A stretch of 64,000 nt of DNA from a virus (lineage: Duplodnaviria > Caudoviricetes), in the IMG/VR virus record IMGVR_UViG_3300044693_000247, positions 21,071 to 85,070 of that record. The stretch is one strand, 5' to 3'. A program made the translations under genes and the position numbers. Shown here piece by piece: positions 1 through 10,900 of the stretch. Each line of letters opens with the position of its first letter. Position 1 is the first letter of the stretch. Below the pieces are notes generated by a model. It was not told where the DNA came from. It did no database searches and saw only the letters and a list, made by a program, of their open reading frames with translations.

Positions 1-52
1 GCGCCGTGCATCGCGAGCTGACCCGCAACGCGCAGTCGAAGAAGGCGTACTG

Positions 53-691
53 ATGGGTTCCGACGTCACGCGGGTGTGGGTTCTCGGTGGCCTGACGCCG
101 GATTTCCACTTCGACGCCACGGTCCGCGAGTCGCACACGTCCCAGCTCACCGTGACGGACAACCCCGTCGAGACCGGCGTCGTGGTGTCCGACCACGCAT
201 TCATGCAGCCGCTCCGCCTCGAGATCGAGGCAGCAGTCTCCGATACGCCGCTGTCCACGCCCGAGGATGACTCGTTCGCCAGCGAGGTGAGTCGGTCCGC
301 GAAGGCATTCCAGCTTCTGCAGCAGCTTCAGTCGGCCGCGGAACCGTTCAACGTGCAGACCGGGCTCCGCTTCTACGAGAACCTCATCATCGAGACGCTG
401 ACCGCCGAGCAGGACAAGGACACGGCCAACGTGCTGGCGTTCCGGGCGTCACTGCGCGAGGTGATCATCGTCAGCACGCAAACGGTGACGTACCCGCCGC
501 GCGCCGCCGGCAAGCCAACGCGCCAGGCATCTCAGAAGGTCAGCGGCGGTGAGAAGAAGGCCCAGGCGCCCGCGAACGATTCGCAGCGCGAGTCGATCCT
601 GCACTCGCTGATCGCGAGCCAGAAGGTCGACATCGGATCCGCGCTGAAGTCGGCGCTGGGATTCGACAACCCCAACGCTGGCGGACCCTGA
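53..691 (+). CDS. Phage baseplate/tail hub protein (Dit-like)
   Basis: N-terminal FDATVRESHTSQLTVTDNPVETGVVVSDHA motif typical of myovirus baseplate proteins; first gene of a coupled baseplate operon. Confidence 0.8.
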   Translation: MGSDVTRVWVLGGLTPDFHFDATVRESHTSQLTVTDNPVETGVVVSDHAFMQPLRLEIEAAVSDTPLSTPEDDSFASEVSRSAKAFQLLQQLQSAAEPFNVQTGLRFYENLIIETLTAEQDKDTANVLAFRASLREVIIVSTQTVTYPPRAAGKPTRQASQKVSGGEKKAQAPANDSQRESILHSLIASQKVDIGSALKSALGFDNPNAGGP

Positions 692-1590
692 TGCTGGTCG
701 TCCCGCTCACCTCAGATCCCGCGCAGAGCTTCGACGTGCAGCTCGGAGACGACAAGCTCACGATCGAAGCCCGGTTCAACGACCGGTCGAACTCCTGGAC
801 GTTCGACCTGACGGACGCCAACACGCAGGAGACCCTCGTGACCGGCGTCCCTTTGCTCATCGGCCAGGACATGCTGGCTCCGTACGCACTGGGGCGCGGG
901 GGACTGGTAGCAACCGATCTCTCGAGCACCGACACCGACGCCGGCCCCGACGACCTCGGCGACCGGGTGATCGTGACGTGGTTGAGCCCCGACGAGCTCT
1001 CGGCGCTGGCGGCGGCCGGCGTGCCGGGGATCGCGACGTTCCAGGGTGCGCCGGCCGCCGGCGGAACGTCGGGCTCGAGCGGTACCGGGGGCGGAACCGG
1101 CGGCGCGGGCGGTGGTGGAACTGGCGGTGGCGGAACGGGTGGCACCGGGGGCTCAGGCGGTGGGGGCACCGGGGGCGGCACCGGCGGGACGGGCGGAACC
1201 GGAGGGGGAACAAGCCTCGTGGCCGTTCCCTCCGTGCCGCTGGTGCTCAACGAGCAGCACGCCGACTCAAGCGGCGTCGAGGTGCTGGTCGCCGAATGGC
1301 CTGCCGACCTCACGCCGAACGTGGCCGCCACGGTTACGCTGGACATCGCCTTCCTCGCGAGCTCGGCAACCGGAACGGCCACCTACCGCGCCTACGTCGG
1401 AGGGACCGTCGGCACCATCGACGGGACGCTCGTCGGATCGATCACCCGGGCGGCGTCGACGCTCGCGCCGGTCACGATCACGGGCACGATCGGCAACCCT
1501 CGCACGACGGTGCTGGTGAAGCTCACCATGCAGTCGAGCGGCGCCGGCTCGAACGCGGTCATCGACGAGATGACCGGGAGCATCGGATGA
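691..1590 (+). CDS. Baseplate plug-like protein (DUF6983-like N-terminus) with Gly/Thr linker and extra C-terminal beta-rich domain
   Basis: First ~105 aa (VPLTSDPAQSFDVQLG...FNDRSNSWTFDL...GVPLLIGQDMLAPY.LG) match the small protein preceding the hub in such operons; followed by GGTGG repeats. Confidence 0.7.
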   Translation: MLVVPLTSDPAQSFDVQLGDDKLTIEARFNDRSNSWTFDLTDANTQETLVTGVPLLIGQDMLAPYALGRGGLVATDLSSTDTDAGPDDLGDRVIVTWLSPDELSALAAAGVPGIATFQGAPAAGGTSGSSGTGGGTGGAGGGGTGGGGTGGTGGSGGGGTGGGTGGTGGTGGGTSLVAVPSVPLVLNEQHADSSGVEVLVAEWPADLTPNVAATVTLDIAFLASSATGTATYRAYVGGTVGTIDGTLVGSITRAASTLAPVTITGTIGNPRTTVLVKLTMQSSGAGSNAVIDEMTGSIG

Positions 1591-2543
1591 GCACCGCGCA
1601 GCGCCAGTACAAGCGCGAGTGCGAGGTGATCATCGGCCAGGGGACCGTCGGCCAGGGGATTTCCGTCAAGGACCTGCGAATCACGTTCGAGATTACGAAG
1701 ACGATCGGCCGCACGCCGAACGCAGCCCTCATCAAGATCCACAACCTCACCCAAGCCCACGAGAACCAGATCAAGGGCGAGTTCGACGAGGTGCTGGTCA
1801 ACGCCGGATACCAGGGTGGCGCGCTGTTGATCTTCCGCGGCAACATCCGCCACGTCTTCAGGTATCGACAGGAGACGGACTGGATCACGGAGATCGCCGC
1901 CGCCGACGGCGATCGCGACTTCCACAATGCCTTCGTGAACCTGTCCCTGGCCGGTGGTACGTCCACGTCGCAACTGGTGGACAAGGTGGTCGGGACCTTC
2001 TCGGACACCACGCTGGGCCCTGTGACGCTGAAGGAGCGGTCGCGAATTCGGGGCCGCGTGGTCTCTGCTATGGCGCGTGACGTGCTCGACGACATCGCGG
2101 CCGAAAGCAGCGCCCACTGGTCGATCCAGGACGGGCAGCTCCACATCGTTCACGTCGACTCGACGCTGCCCGACGAGGCCATCGTCATCACGGCCGAGAC
2201 CGGGATGCTGGATGCCCCGCAGATAGACGACAAGGGCATCAAGGTGCGCTGTCTGCTCAACCCGCGGATAAAGGTGAACGGAAAGATCTGGCTCAACAAC
2301 AACGACGTCATGCTGCGCGTCCGAAAGCAGCGGGCGTCGTTGCCGGGCGCAAAGCAGCCAGCCAAGAAGAAGCAGCAGCGCCAGATCGCGCGCCTCGACC
2401 CAGACGGCGTCTACAAGGTCTACAAGTTGGTCCACAAGGGAGACACGCGCGGCAACGAGTGGGAGACCGAGGTGCACTGCGTGGCACTCGGAACCTCGAT
2501 ACCTGCAACCCGCGGCGCGCCGGCGATTCCGAAGGAGAACTGA
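1587..2543 (+). CDS. Baseplate hub protein
   Basis: ATGA overlap with previous gene; LRITFEITKT..RTPN.A.IKIHNL, V.VNAGY, WSIQDGQL, ETGMLDAPQ, VRCLLNPRI motifs. Confidence 0.85.
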   Translation: MSTAQRQYKRECEVIIGQGTVGQGISVKDLRITFEITKTIGRTPNAALIKIHNLTQAHENQIKGEFDEVLVNAGYQGGALLIFRGNIRHVFRYRQETDWITEIAAADGDRDFHNAFVNLSLAGGTSTSQLVDKVVGTFSDTTLGPVTLKERSRIRGRVVSAMARDVLDDIAAESSAHWSIQDGQLHIVHVDSTLPDEAIVITAETGMLDAPQIDDKGIKVRCLLNPRIKVNGKIWLNNNDVMLRVRKQRASLPGAKQPAKKKQQRQIARLDPDGVYKVYKLVHKGDTRGNEWETEVHCVALGTSIPATRGAPAIPKEN

Positions 2544-2545
2544 CG

Positions 2546-3316
2546 ATGGACGCCGACACAGCGGACTCCCTGCAGCGAGACCAGCAGCTCGAGGACATCC
2601 GCGACGAGGGCATCCGATCCTTCGTCGAGAATGCGCTCAAGGACGTTCACACCTGCATGCCCGGGATCGTGCAGTCGTTCGACCCCGAGAAGCAGACCGT
2701 CACCGTGCAGCCGGCGATCAAGACGGTCCTGCGGGACGACGGGCCGATCTCGCTGCCTATCTGCCTGGACGTCCCGGTGGTGTTTCCGGCCGGAGGGAAC
2801 TTCGTGCTCACGTTCCCTGTCCAGCCTGACGACGAGTGCCTTCTGGTATTCGCTGAGCGCGCCATCGACTTCTGGTGGGACAGAGGAGGCGTGCAGTTGC
2901 CGTCGGAGGTGCGATTCCATGACCTGAGCGATGGATTCGCGATCGTGGGCGTCAATTCGCGCAAGAAGGCCGAGGAAATTCCACCTGCGGCGACGGATGC
3001 CTGTGAGCTGCGCACGCGCGACGGCACCACGGTCCTCCGCGTCGAGGGAGGTACGATCTTCATCGGCGGAAAGACCGGAGCCGAGCTGGCGATCAAGGGC
3101 GAGACGTACCGGACGGCCGAGTCGACAGTTTCCACGGCGTGGTCGACGTTCCTGGACGCGCTCAACATCTACATCGCTACCATCAAGCCGATCGCTGACC
3201 CAACGAACGCCGCGACGTCTCCGCTCACGGCGGCAGTCCTGACAATGAAGGCTGCCATCGCGACTTTCGAGGGAGGGGCGCCCGGATACCTCGCCCAGAT
3301 CGCGAAGGTGCTCTGA
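2546..3316 (+). CDS. Baseplate central spike protein (Gp138 family)
   Basis: HTCMPGIVQSFDP..QTVTVQPAI, DVPVVFPAGG...TFPVQPDDECLLVFAERAID.W, RFHDLSDGFAIVG. Confidence 0.9.
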   Translation: MDADTADSLQRDQQLEDIRDEGIRSFVENALKDVHTCMPGIVQSFDPEKQTVTVQPAIKTVLRDDGPISLPICLDVPVVFPAGGNFVLTFPVQPDDECLLVFAERAIDFWWDRGGVQLPSEVRFHDLSDGFAIVGVNSRKKAEEIPPAATDACELRTRDGTTVLRVEGGTIFIGGKTGAELAIKGETYRTAESTVSTAWSTFLDALNIYIATIKPIADPTNAATSPLTAAVLTMKAAIATFEGGAPGYLAQIAKVL

Positions 3317-3705
3317 TGGCTACACTGCGCGTGCGGCGTCTCGACGCCAATCACGACATGACCTTCGGCGGCGGCAAGAACAACTACGCCGCCACGGGGG
3401 AGGCTACCGGCCAGCGACTGAGGACCCGCCTGCTCCTAATCCTTGGCGAGTGGTTCTTGGACACCACCGCCGGCGTGCCGTGGCTCCAGCCGCCCGACTC
3501 CGACACCCGCCCGATCATGGGCGGTCCGCGAGATCTCCAGTACAGCGAGGGCGTTTTGAAGGCCGCCATTTTGGGGACCGACGGGGTTGCGACCCTAGAC
3601 TCGTTTTCGATGACGTTCGACGGAACGACACGAAAGCTATCGGTTTCGGCATCCGGTACGACCGCCGACGGTGACGCCTTCAACATCCAGGTGACCGGAC
3701 CATGA
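3316..3705 (+). CDS. Baseplate wedge subunit (gp25-like)
   Basis: RVRRLDANHDMTFG...RLLLILGEWFLDTTAGVPW motif; position between spike and baseplate J. Confidence 0.85.
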   Translation: MATLRVRRLDANHDMTFGGGKNNYAATGEATGQRLRTRLLLILGEWFLDTTAGVPWLQPPDSDTRPIMGGPRDLQYSEGVLKAAILGTDGVATLDSFSMTFDGTTRKLSVSASGTTADGDAFNIQVTGP

Positions 3706-4868
3706 GCGTGACGATCGACGACACCGGGTTTCACCGCGACAGGCTCGACCAGATCGTGGCCGACCTGACGGCGTCGTTCCAGAGCATCTATGGCTCGGAC
3801 ATCGACGTGTCCCCTGACTCTCCCGACGGTCAGCTCATCGGAATCCTCGCCGAGATGGTCTCCGATGCCCAGCAGATGGCCGAGTCGGTGTACAACGCTC
3901 TCGCGCCCGCCGGGGCCACGGGCGCCGCGCTCGCGAGACTGGCACTGCTCAACGGCGTGATTCGCAAGCCGGCTCAGTTCAGCACGTCGTCCGTGAGCCT
4001 CACTGGTACGCCAGGAACCGTGGTGCCCGCCGGATCCCTCATCGGGAGCAGCGACGTCAACAACCCTGCCACGTTCGCGACAGACTCCACCCTCACAATC
4101 GGATCGACCGGTGTCGTCATCGGCACTGCGACGGCCACGACGCCAGGGCCGATCAACGCCGCCGCCGGCACGCTGACGAAGGTGCAGACCGTGATCAACG
4201 GTTGGGTGGCGGTTACGAACACGTCCGCAGCGAGCCCCGGCACCCTGGCCGAGACCGATCCGGCCCTCCGCGTCCGCCGCGCGCAGTCCGTCGCGCTGCC
4301 GTCGCAGGGCATCACCGACGGCATGTTCGCGGCTCTGCTCCAGGTCGCCAACGTCACGGCCGTGGCCGTGTACGAGAACTTCCTCGACACGCCGATCTCC
4401 ATGCACGGCGGCGGGACGCTCGCGCCGCATGCCATTCAGGCCATCGTCGAAGGCGGAGATCCCATCGACATCGCCACCACGATCTGGAACGAGAAGTCTC
4501 AAGGCGTGACCCTCGTCGGCGCTCAGACTCAGGCGATCACCGACTCGCAGGGTACCTCGCAGACCATCAGGTTCGACCGGCCAACGGAGGCCGACATCTT
4601 CGTGACCGTGCAGCTCACGCAGGCCGTGGGCAGCGCCACGAAGACCGCGATCATCAACGCCATCGTCGCCTTCGGCCAGGCCAACGCCGCGATCGGAAAG
4701 GACATCATCTGGTCGCAACTCTTCATCCCGATCAACAGCATTCCCGGCCTCAGCGTGAACTCCGTGTTCCTGGGTCTCGCCGCCAGCCCGACGGCACAAG
4801 TGAACCTGACGATCCCGTTCAACGCTCTTCCGACCTGGAACGCCGCCAACATCGTGGTGACGCCGTAG
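3702..4868 (+). CDS. Baseplate J/gp47 family protein
   Basis: IDVSPDSPDGQLIG, ETDPALRVRR, AVYEN, HAIQAIVEGG, IRFDRP motifs. Confidence 0.92.
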   Translation: MSVTIDDTGFHRDRLDQIVADLTASFQSIYGSDIDVSPDSPDGQLIGILAEMVSDAQQMAESVYNALAPAGATGAALARLALLNGVIRKPAQFSTSSVSLTGTPGTVVPAGSLIGSSDVNNPATFATDSTLTIGSTGVVIGTATATTPGPINAAAGTLTKVQTVINGWVAVTNTSAASPGTLAETDPALRVRRAQSVALPSQGITDGMFAALLQVANVTAVAVYENFLDTPISMHGGGTLAPHAIQAIVEGGDPIDIATTIWNEKSQGVTLVGAQTQAITDSQGTSQTIRFDRPTEADIFVTVQLTQAVGSATKTAIINAIVAFGQANAAIGKDIIWSQLFIPINSIPGLSVNSVFLGLAASPTAQVNLTIPFNALPTWNAANIVVTP

Positions 4869-4869
4869 C

Positions 4870-5484
4870 ATGCCTGTCGCGCCCATCACCGGTGCCCAGG
4901 ACTACGGCGCGCAGGCGCTGAGCCGGGTTGCGGTCCAGTACCGCGAGAGCTCAAAGCTTCTGGCGACGATCTCCGCGCTCGCTGACTTCTACCAGGAGGT
5001 CGAAAACGCCCTGGTCACCATCGGCACGCTGCGGGACATCACGATTGCCGGAGGCGTGAACCTCGACACCGACGGCGAACTCGTGGGACAGAGCCGCGAG
5101 CTCGTGAACGGGGACGTGATCGACGACCCGACGTACCGGACCCTCATCCAGATCAAGATCGCGCGCAACAGCTCGCACGCGAAGAACGAAGACCTCATCG
5201 GCATTCTGGCACAGATCTTCGGTGGTCCGGTCCGCCTGCAGGACTACGGCGGCATGGCGGTCGGCGTGGCCATTCCTGTTCAGCCGACGTCGGACCAGAT
5301 TGCGATCCTGGACGGAGACATCCTCCCGAGAGCGGATGGCGTCCAGATCAACCCTCGCGAGTGGTTCCTGCCGACGAACCACTTCGGCTTCGCGCCGGAA
5401 ACGGGCGGAGATCAGACAGCGCTACCGTTCGGCGAGGGCAACAACCCTGCGCCTCCAGGCGGAAGGTTCGCCGAAATTTTCTGA
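4870..5484 (+). CDS. DUF2612 family baseplate wedge protein
   Basis: QYRESSKL..., GVNLD..GELVGQSR, DDPTYRTLIQIKIARN, ILPRADGV; follows baseplate J. Confidence 0.85.
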   Translation: MPVAPITGAQDYGAQALSRVAVQYRESSKLLATISALADFYQEVENALVTIGTLRDITIAGGVNLDTDGELVGQSRELVNGDVIDDPTYRTLIQIKIARNSSHAKNEDLIGILAQIFGGPVRLQDYGGMAVGVAIPVQPTSDQIAILDGDILPRADGVQINPREWFLPTNHFGFAPETGGDQTALPFGEGNNPAPPGGRFAEIF

Positions 5485-5512
5485 CCCTGTCCGAACGGCT
5501 GAGGATTGACGA

Positions 5513-6703
5513 ATGGCGCGCGCGACGAAACCGGCGGTCCTTCCCTGGTGGGCGGAAACCGCCGCAAACCCGGCGGACATCGAACAGCCGAGTAACTCGT
5601 TCATCACGGCCGGATGGCCATTGTCAGCGATTCCGCCGGCGCGCCAGTTCTTCAACTGGATCCTGAACCGCGCCGACGCCGGACTCCGGTATCTGCTTCA
5701 GCGCGGGATCTCCGACTGGGATTCGGCCGAGGACGGATATGGAGCGGGGGACGTCGTGCGAGACCCCTCGGGGCTGTTCTTCCGGCTCGAGGGCACCGCC
5801 ACGACGGGCCTCGCGCCTGCGGCGGATACCGCGAACTGGCGTCGGTGGTACGCGAACTGGCAGCCGCTCCCCGGCGACGGGTTCAACGCCGAGATCATGG
5901 CGTGGAAGAACGCCGCCGGCCTCGTGCGCGGCGTGATCGACCACCAGGGCAACTACGCTGGCAAGATTCAGCGCTGGCAGGAGCAGTGGGCGGATGCTTC
6001 GATCACCGCGCTCACGGCTCCGAACAGCGCCGGCACTGGGAAGTTCTTCGGTCGCTGGAACTACGGCATCGAGAACAACAACGGCACGCCTGCGATCGGC
6101 CTCCTCGGAGCTGCAGCGGCATCTCTTCAGTGGTCATCGACCCTGAGTTTGCAGTTCGGCAGCGCGCCCGGGACGGCGAATGCTTTGGCCGTCGAGCTCG
6201 CGCACCCGCCGGTCCTCTTCGACCCGGACCTTGGCATCGCATTGCAGTGGGACCACGTTCCACTCGTCGCTGCCACGGGGAACGAGTGTTCGATGGGCCT
6301 CCTGGCTGCCTCGCTGATCGGAACGACCAACAACATCGCCACGCAGGCGCCGGCCGGGTTGGCGTTCGTGCGCCGCTCCGGTGACTCGAACTGGTTCGCA
6401 TACGTGCGTCCGGCCGGTGGCGCGGCGACGTTCACGGACACGGGCGTCTCCGCGAGCGCCGTCCGTCGTCGGTTCCGGATCGACTGGCTGGGCGCGAACG
6501 TCTCGGGCGACACCAACCCGCGCGCGATCTTCATCATCGACGGCAACATCCGCAACAACATCATCGTCGACGTGGTGAACGGAGCGTCTCCCGTTCCAGC
6601 GGCTATACCGTCGTTCAGGCAGCAGGGAACGATCGCGTCGCAAACCCTGATCGGCGTGACGGATTTCTTCGCGAACCTCTGGGCGGGTAGCGTGACGCTC
6701 TAG
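5513..6703 (+). CDS. Tail fibre protein
   Basis: N-terminal baseplate-attachment motif (WAE...GW.....PPARQFFNWILN....LRYLLQRGISDWDSAE.Y..GDVV) then beta-rich C-terminus. Confidence 0.8.
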   Translation: MARATKPAVLPWWAETAANPADIEQPSNSFITAGWPLSAIPPARQFFNWILNRADAGLRYLLQRGISDWDSAEDGYGAGDVVRDPSGLFFRLEGTATTGLAPAADTANWRRWYANWQPLPGDGFNAEIMAWKNAAGLVRGVIDHQGNYAGKIQRWQEQWADASITALTAPNSAGTGKFFGRWNYGIENNNGTPAIGLLGAAAASLQWSSTLSLQFGSAPGTANALAVELAHPPVLFDPDLGIALQWDHVPLVAATGNECSMGLLAASLIGTTNNIATQAPAGLAFVRRSGDSNWFAYVRPAGGAATFTDTGVSASAVRRRFRIDWLGANVSGDTNPRAIFIIDGNIRNNIIVDVVNGASPVPAAIPSFRQQGTIASQTLIGVTDFFANLWAGSVTL

Positions 6704-7116
6704 GGAACGCCGGGGCAGTCGACGACGACCGAGCAGTTGGCGATCATCGCGCCCTTATAGATGCCGTGGACACAGGTCCTCGAGTGCGGCTCTGTCATGG
6801 GGAGGACGTGCGCGGAGATGCACATGGCGCCGTGCTCGACTCTCTTGTCGGAGAGGTGCCTGTGCTCATAGAGCATGGCGGTCGACGACTGACCAAGGCG
6901 TGTCCCATCGCCAGATCGAGACGGTGACGATCCCTGGTCAGTGACGAATCCGCAGGTACAGACGTCCTGGCCAATGTAGTCACCGGCGGAAAGAGCGGAG
7001 AGGGAGGCGGATACGGGCGCCTGGGCACGTACTCCAGTTTTCTGGATCTCGTCGCATGTCGCTGAACCGAGCGCGATAGCGATCAGGAGGCCCCGCACTG
7101 CTGAAGCGCTTCGCAT
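6700..7116 (-). CDS. Secreted Cys-rich hypothetical protein
   Basis: ATG at 7116 within listed ORF 6700..7593; hydrophobic leader GLLIAIALGSATC; several Cys. Confidence 0.55.
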   Translation of the reverse strand: MRSASAVRGLLIAIALGSATCDEIQKTGVRAQAPVSASLSALSAGDYIGQDVCTCGFVTDQGSSPSRSGDGTRLGQSSTAMLYEHRHLSDKRVEHGAMCISAHVLPMTEPHSRTCVHGIYKGAMIANCSVVVDCPGVP

Positions 7117-7120
7117 CGAC

Positions 7121-7660
7121 TTATCGAAACACGCATTCGCTGCAGGCGGCAACGCAGGCGGTGCTGGCGTCGGCGAGACATTCCTGATGGTTCGGGAATG
7201 AGGAATTAGATGGATCAGGACTGCATATCGCGCAGGCGACGTTATGGTTCGCGGGTAGAACCTGGATCTTCGTCGACTGCGTGGTGGTGTCGTACCCCTC
7301 GCAGATCTGCGTGGACGTCGGTGTCCACCCAACCGCGTCCATGCACGTCGGGTAGCTGACGGCGCTGCCACCGGCACCGCCGGTGCCTTGCGCGCCGCCC
7401 GCCCCGGCGGTCGATCCACCGCTGCCGCCAGACGAGCTCGAGGCACCTCCCGCGCCCCCGCTTGCCCCGGCATCCGTCCCCGATGCACCCCCGGTGGCCT
7501 GCGCTCCCCCGGCTCCGCCTGCTCCCGATCCCGCGTCTGATTCGACCGCCGCGCCCCCGCTGCCGGATCCGGCACCCATAGACGAATCGCCATCGCCCGC
7601 GCAGCCCGCCAGCGCCAGCACCGCGCCGATCACCGCTACCAGCATCGTCGTCGCCATCAT
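7121..7660 (-). CDS. Lipoprotein with Gly-rich linker and Cys-rich C-terminal domain
   Basis: Lipobox LALAGC, GAGG-rich low-complexity linker, C-terminal domain with 8 Cys. Confidence 0.8.
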   Translation of the reverse strand: MMATTMLVAVIGAVLALAGCAGDGDSSMGAGSGSGGAAVESDAGSGAGGAGGAQATGGASGTDAGASGGAGGASSSSGGSGGSTAGAGGAQGTGGAGGSAVSYPTCMDAVGWTPTSTQICEGYDTTTQSTKIQVLPANHNVACAICSPDPSNSSFPNHQECLADASTACVAACSECVFR

Positions 7661-7876
7661 GGTCCGCTCCTGACCTCGCTCCGTTAGTCGGACAGGCAGG
7701 GCGCCGGAGCGCGGTCGCCCGCCGAGGGTCATGACTCCCTTGGCTGCCTGTCCGACCTCAAGCGTGGTCCGCCGGGCTGGGTAGCGTCAATGCGGAGCGG
7801 GTGTTCAGTGCGGTGAGCTAGGCTACAACGCCGCATCGGGCGAATATTCCAGCGGGGTTGCGCGCGTCCCCGGAAA

Positions 7877-7904
7877 TTGGTCGGTGACCCGCGGTCGATA
7901 GAAT
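7877..7904 (+). promoter_or_regulatory. Candidate sigma70-type promoter for the large fibre gene
   Basis: TTGGTC-16 nt-TAGAAT ending 9 nt before ATG 7914. Confidence 0.4.
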
Positions 7905-7913
7905 CGGCGGGGC

Positions 7914-10900
7914 ATGGAGCGCGTCGTCGCGAAGTACGACCTCGATCTGGGAGGGGCGCATCACTTGCTCAACCTCCCGGCGCCAGGCGGCCCAGCTGAG
8001 CCGGCCCGCCTCCAGGACCTCGCGCTCACCCTCGGCACCGGCGGCACGCAGCTCGCCCTCGGAGGGGTGACGGCCGGCCAGACGCTCGTCCTCAGCGGTT
8101 CGACGCTGGTGGGCGCCCCGCTGCGCATCACGGTCGATGCCATCAACACCGGATCCGGCACGAAGCTCTCCACCTTCGACGCCACTGGACTCACTGACGG
8201 CACGGCAGCGTGGACGACCTCGGTTCGGCAGGCTTGGGATCTCGTCACCACGGCCGCAGCCGTCGACCACATCACGGTCGAGGCCGCGCTGAACAACCCG
8301 ACGCGGCGGTGGATCCGGCGGAAGCGCGTCGAGCCGACGTGGGCGCTCGAGGCCAACTTTTGGGTTGACCCGTCGAATGTCTCCGGGGTGGCCTCGGACG
8401 AGAACGTAGGTACGAGCAGCGGTACGCCGCTGCTGACCTACCGAGAGCTAGGGCGGCGGCTGTACGAACTGACGATCACGCAGACCACCGTCACCATCAA
8501 TGCCATGTCCGACGTGCTGAGCACGTCCGACGTGTTGTTCCTGGAAGGTTTGAAGTGTGCGAACTCGACGGGGTTCGTGTTCGTCAACGTGGTTGGCCAG
8601 ACGACCACGATCGCTTCAGGACTGACGGTGTCGGCGGCGCACAACATGGCGACGTTGGCAGACCATGACCACTACGAGATCACGATCCCCGGTGCGGTGT
8701 ACACGCCCTGGATTCAGAGGTACCTTCTGCACCGCACGAACGGGACGCAGGGCTGGGCGTGGGCGTACAAGGATCTAGGCAGCAGCAACCTGCACACCTC
8801 GTTGCCCACCACGACGGCCGGCACGTCGTTGACGACATGGGCGGTGGGGGATTCGGTCGACGTGCTCAAGCTGCCGCGGTTTTCCCAGATCACGTTTGTT
8901 GGGTGCGACCCGCTGGTCTTCGGCAAGGTGTCTACGTGCCAAGTGATCGGCGGTCCGATTGGTAATCAGCACGTCGACGTACAGACGTTCGATCGCTGCT
9001 TATTCAACGCCGACGTCAGCTCGTTTGTTGGCTTCGCGTCAGAGAATAGCGACAGGCTGCAATTGTTCAACACGTGCATTACCGGGTGCGCGGTCAGCAT
9101 CGCTGGCCAGGTTACGTTTTGGTCGGTGCTGATCGTGGGAGACGGCGGACAAGTCGGCTCTGGAAAGGCTGTGCAATGTATCAGCAGTGACTCGCTTGGC
9201 GGTAATACGGCTAACACGATCATGCTCGGAAACTGTCTCTTCTCAGTGTCGCACGAGGCGATCTACGAGAAGCTCCAGGTGCTGATCTATGACTGGACGA
9301 ATACTATCACAGGTGCAAGCGTTAGCTTCGATCACCTCGCCAGGGGCACAATCAGCACGATCGGAGGAGAGCGCAACACAGCGGCCTTGCTGTCGGTTGA
9401 CACCGGCAGCACAGTTGTGAACTACGGATTTGATTGGTCGCTCTGGAACTCAGCGATCACAACGTACCCGACGCCGTACTTTGTGGCAGGTGCCGTGTTC
9501 ACGCAGGCTGACCTCGGGATAGGCACCAACATGCTTGCCACGCACGGCTGCGGGATCATCTGGGAGATCGGGCAATGGTCTAACGACCTGTCTGGTACCG
9601 GCATCAATCCCTCCGTCGTCGCCATCCACGAGAGCGGCGGGGGCCGCCTGCCGATCGGTTCGATCCCGGTTGCCACCCCGAACCAGTACCTGCAGTGGAA
9701 CGGCACCGCGATCGTGGGCGTCACCGGGATCTCCCCCGGAGGCTCCGCCGGCGGCGACCTGGCGGGCACCTACCCCAACCCGACGATCGCTGCCAACGCT
9801 GTCACGAACGCGAAGTTCCGTCAGAGCGCTGCCCTCAGCGTAGTCGGCAACGCCACGAACGCCACCGCGAACGTTGCCGACATCTCGACCAGCAGCGGAT
9901 CGGGCGCGGTCCTGCACGAGAGCGGAGGCGCGTTGGTGTGGGGCGCGATCCCGGAGACCGCCGTCACGAACCTGGTCACCGACCTGGCCGCGAAGGCCGT
10001 CGTCACCAGCTCCGCGCCGCTCGACGTCGGCACGTCCGCAGTGGTCGGAACGGCCACCGACGCCGCGCGCTCTGACCACGTGCACCGGCTCCCGTTCGCG
10101 ACGCTGCTCTCGGTACTGGGGGCTGCTTCGAGCTCGATCGCCTTCAACACGCAGCGCCTCACGAACCTGGCCGACCCCGTGGCCTCGAGCGACGCTGCGA
10201 CGAAGGCGTACGTCGACGCGGCAGTCTCCGGCCTGACCGTCAAGCCGTCGGTGCTGGCGTTGTCGACCTCGAACATCGCCTCTCTCTCTGGCCTCGCGAC
10301 CACGGTTGACGGCATTGCGCTCAACACCGACGGGCAGCGCGTTCTGCTCACGGCGCAGACCACCGCCTCCCAGAACGGGATCTGGGTGGTGCACTCGGGC
10401 GCCTGGACGCGGCCGAGCGACTTTGCGACCGGGAGCCACGCCGCCGGCGACTTCACGTTCGTCGAGGAGGGAACCGTCAACGGCGACAACGGCTGGGTCT
10501 GCACGTCGGATCCCGGCTCGGATGTCGTCGACACGAACTCGCTCACCTGGACGCAGTTCTCTGGCGCGGGGCAGATCATCGCCGGTACGGGCCTCTCGAA
10601 GAGCGGCAACACGCTGTCGCTGTCGAACGTGGGGCCTGGCGCCGGAACGATCGGGAGCGCCGGGATCGCGAGCATCACCCTGAACGCGCAGGGTCAGGTC
10701 ACGGCGGCTACCACGGCCACCTACGCGCTTCAGTCCATCGCGCTCACGGGATCCGGCGCCATCAAGATCGCTGGCGACAACCTTGCTCACGACCTCAGCG
10801 CGAACCGCACGATCTCGCTGGCCGACTTCGTCGCCTCGGGCGCCAGCCACGCGGCCGGCGGAGTGCCTGATCCGGGTTCGACTGCCGGCACGCACAAGAT

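Noticed and set aside
540-1382. Minus-strand ORF with PPVPP repeats
   Set aside because: It is the antisense shadow of the GGTGG linker in the baseplate gene
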